DNA of 42,317 bases from the NCBI GenBank assembly GCA_041746575.1, contig JBGTGT010000094.1:1-42317 (forward strand), read 5' to 3'. Shown here in pieces: positions 42,266 through 42,317 of this stretch (positions are counted from its first letter, which is position 1; every line of letters starts with the position of its first letter). The notes under the pieces were generated by a model. It saw nothing but the letters and a program-made list of their open reading frames with translations, made no database searches and was not told where the DNA came from. This DNA is from Microcystaceae cyanobacterium (GTDB taxonomy: Bacteria; Cyanobacteriota; Cyanobacteriia; Cyanobacteriales; Microcystaceae). The translations under genes and the position numbers were made by a program.

Positions 42266-42317
42266 TGGTTTATTTGGCACAAAAATGGGTTGTCAGGTAA
42301 TTGGAACTGATTACCAA
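42257..42317 (+). repeat. Copy 2 of the direct repeat (continues to window edge)
   Basis: Identical to 39684-39744; identity begins at the AGCGATCGCT palindrome. Confidence 0.95.

Overview
A 42.3-kb cyanobacterial chromosome window (psb27, ycf52, cyanobacterial RNase J, about 20 HIP1 GCGATCGC octamers counted by eye), probably from a unicellular Chroococcales-type organism. Bases 1-23.3 kb are mostly intact core genes: the 3' end of an IS200/IS605 tnpB element, ycf52, argC, psb27, asd-dapA-rnj, a two-component pair, DUF212-crtE-cdsA, Uma2, cbiT, a Co/Ni ECF transporter, ybjQ and mutS. In the two-component pair, an ETR1-like ethylene-binding-domain/5xPAS histidine kinase sits directly upstream of a REC-PAS-GGDEF-EAL protein. 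Bases 23.6-29.5 kb hold a pgm-ldhA-eno-pgi cluster whose pgi is broken by one in-frame TAA. Bases 29.6-42.3 kb are a wzm/wzt surface-polysaccharide locus interleaved with small toxin-antitoxin-like modules (two MNT-HEPN pairs, BrnT plus antitoxin, DUF29, Rpn) and gene remnants. The most notable signals are: (1) an exact 61-bp direct repeat at the window end whose junction is a HIP1 site; (2) TA modules bracketed by intact, degenerate or split HIP1 sites, suggesting HIP1-bounded cassettes; (3) the putative ethylene-to-c-di-GMP circuit; (4) five gene lesions confined to the right third. All assignments come from motif recognition by eye; no searches were run.
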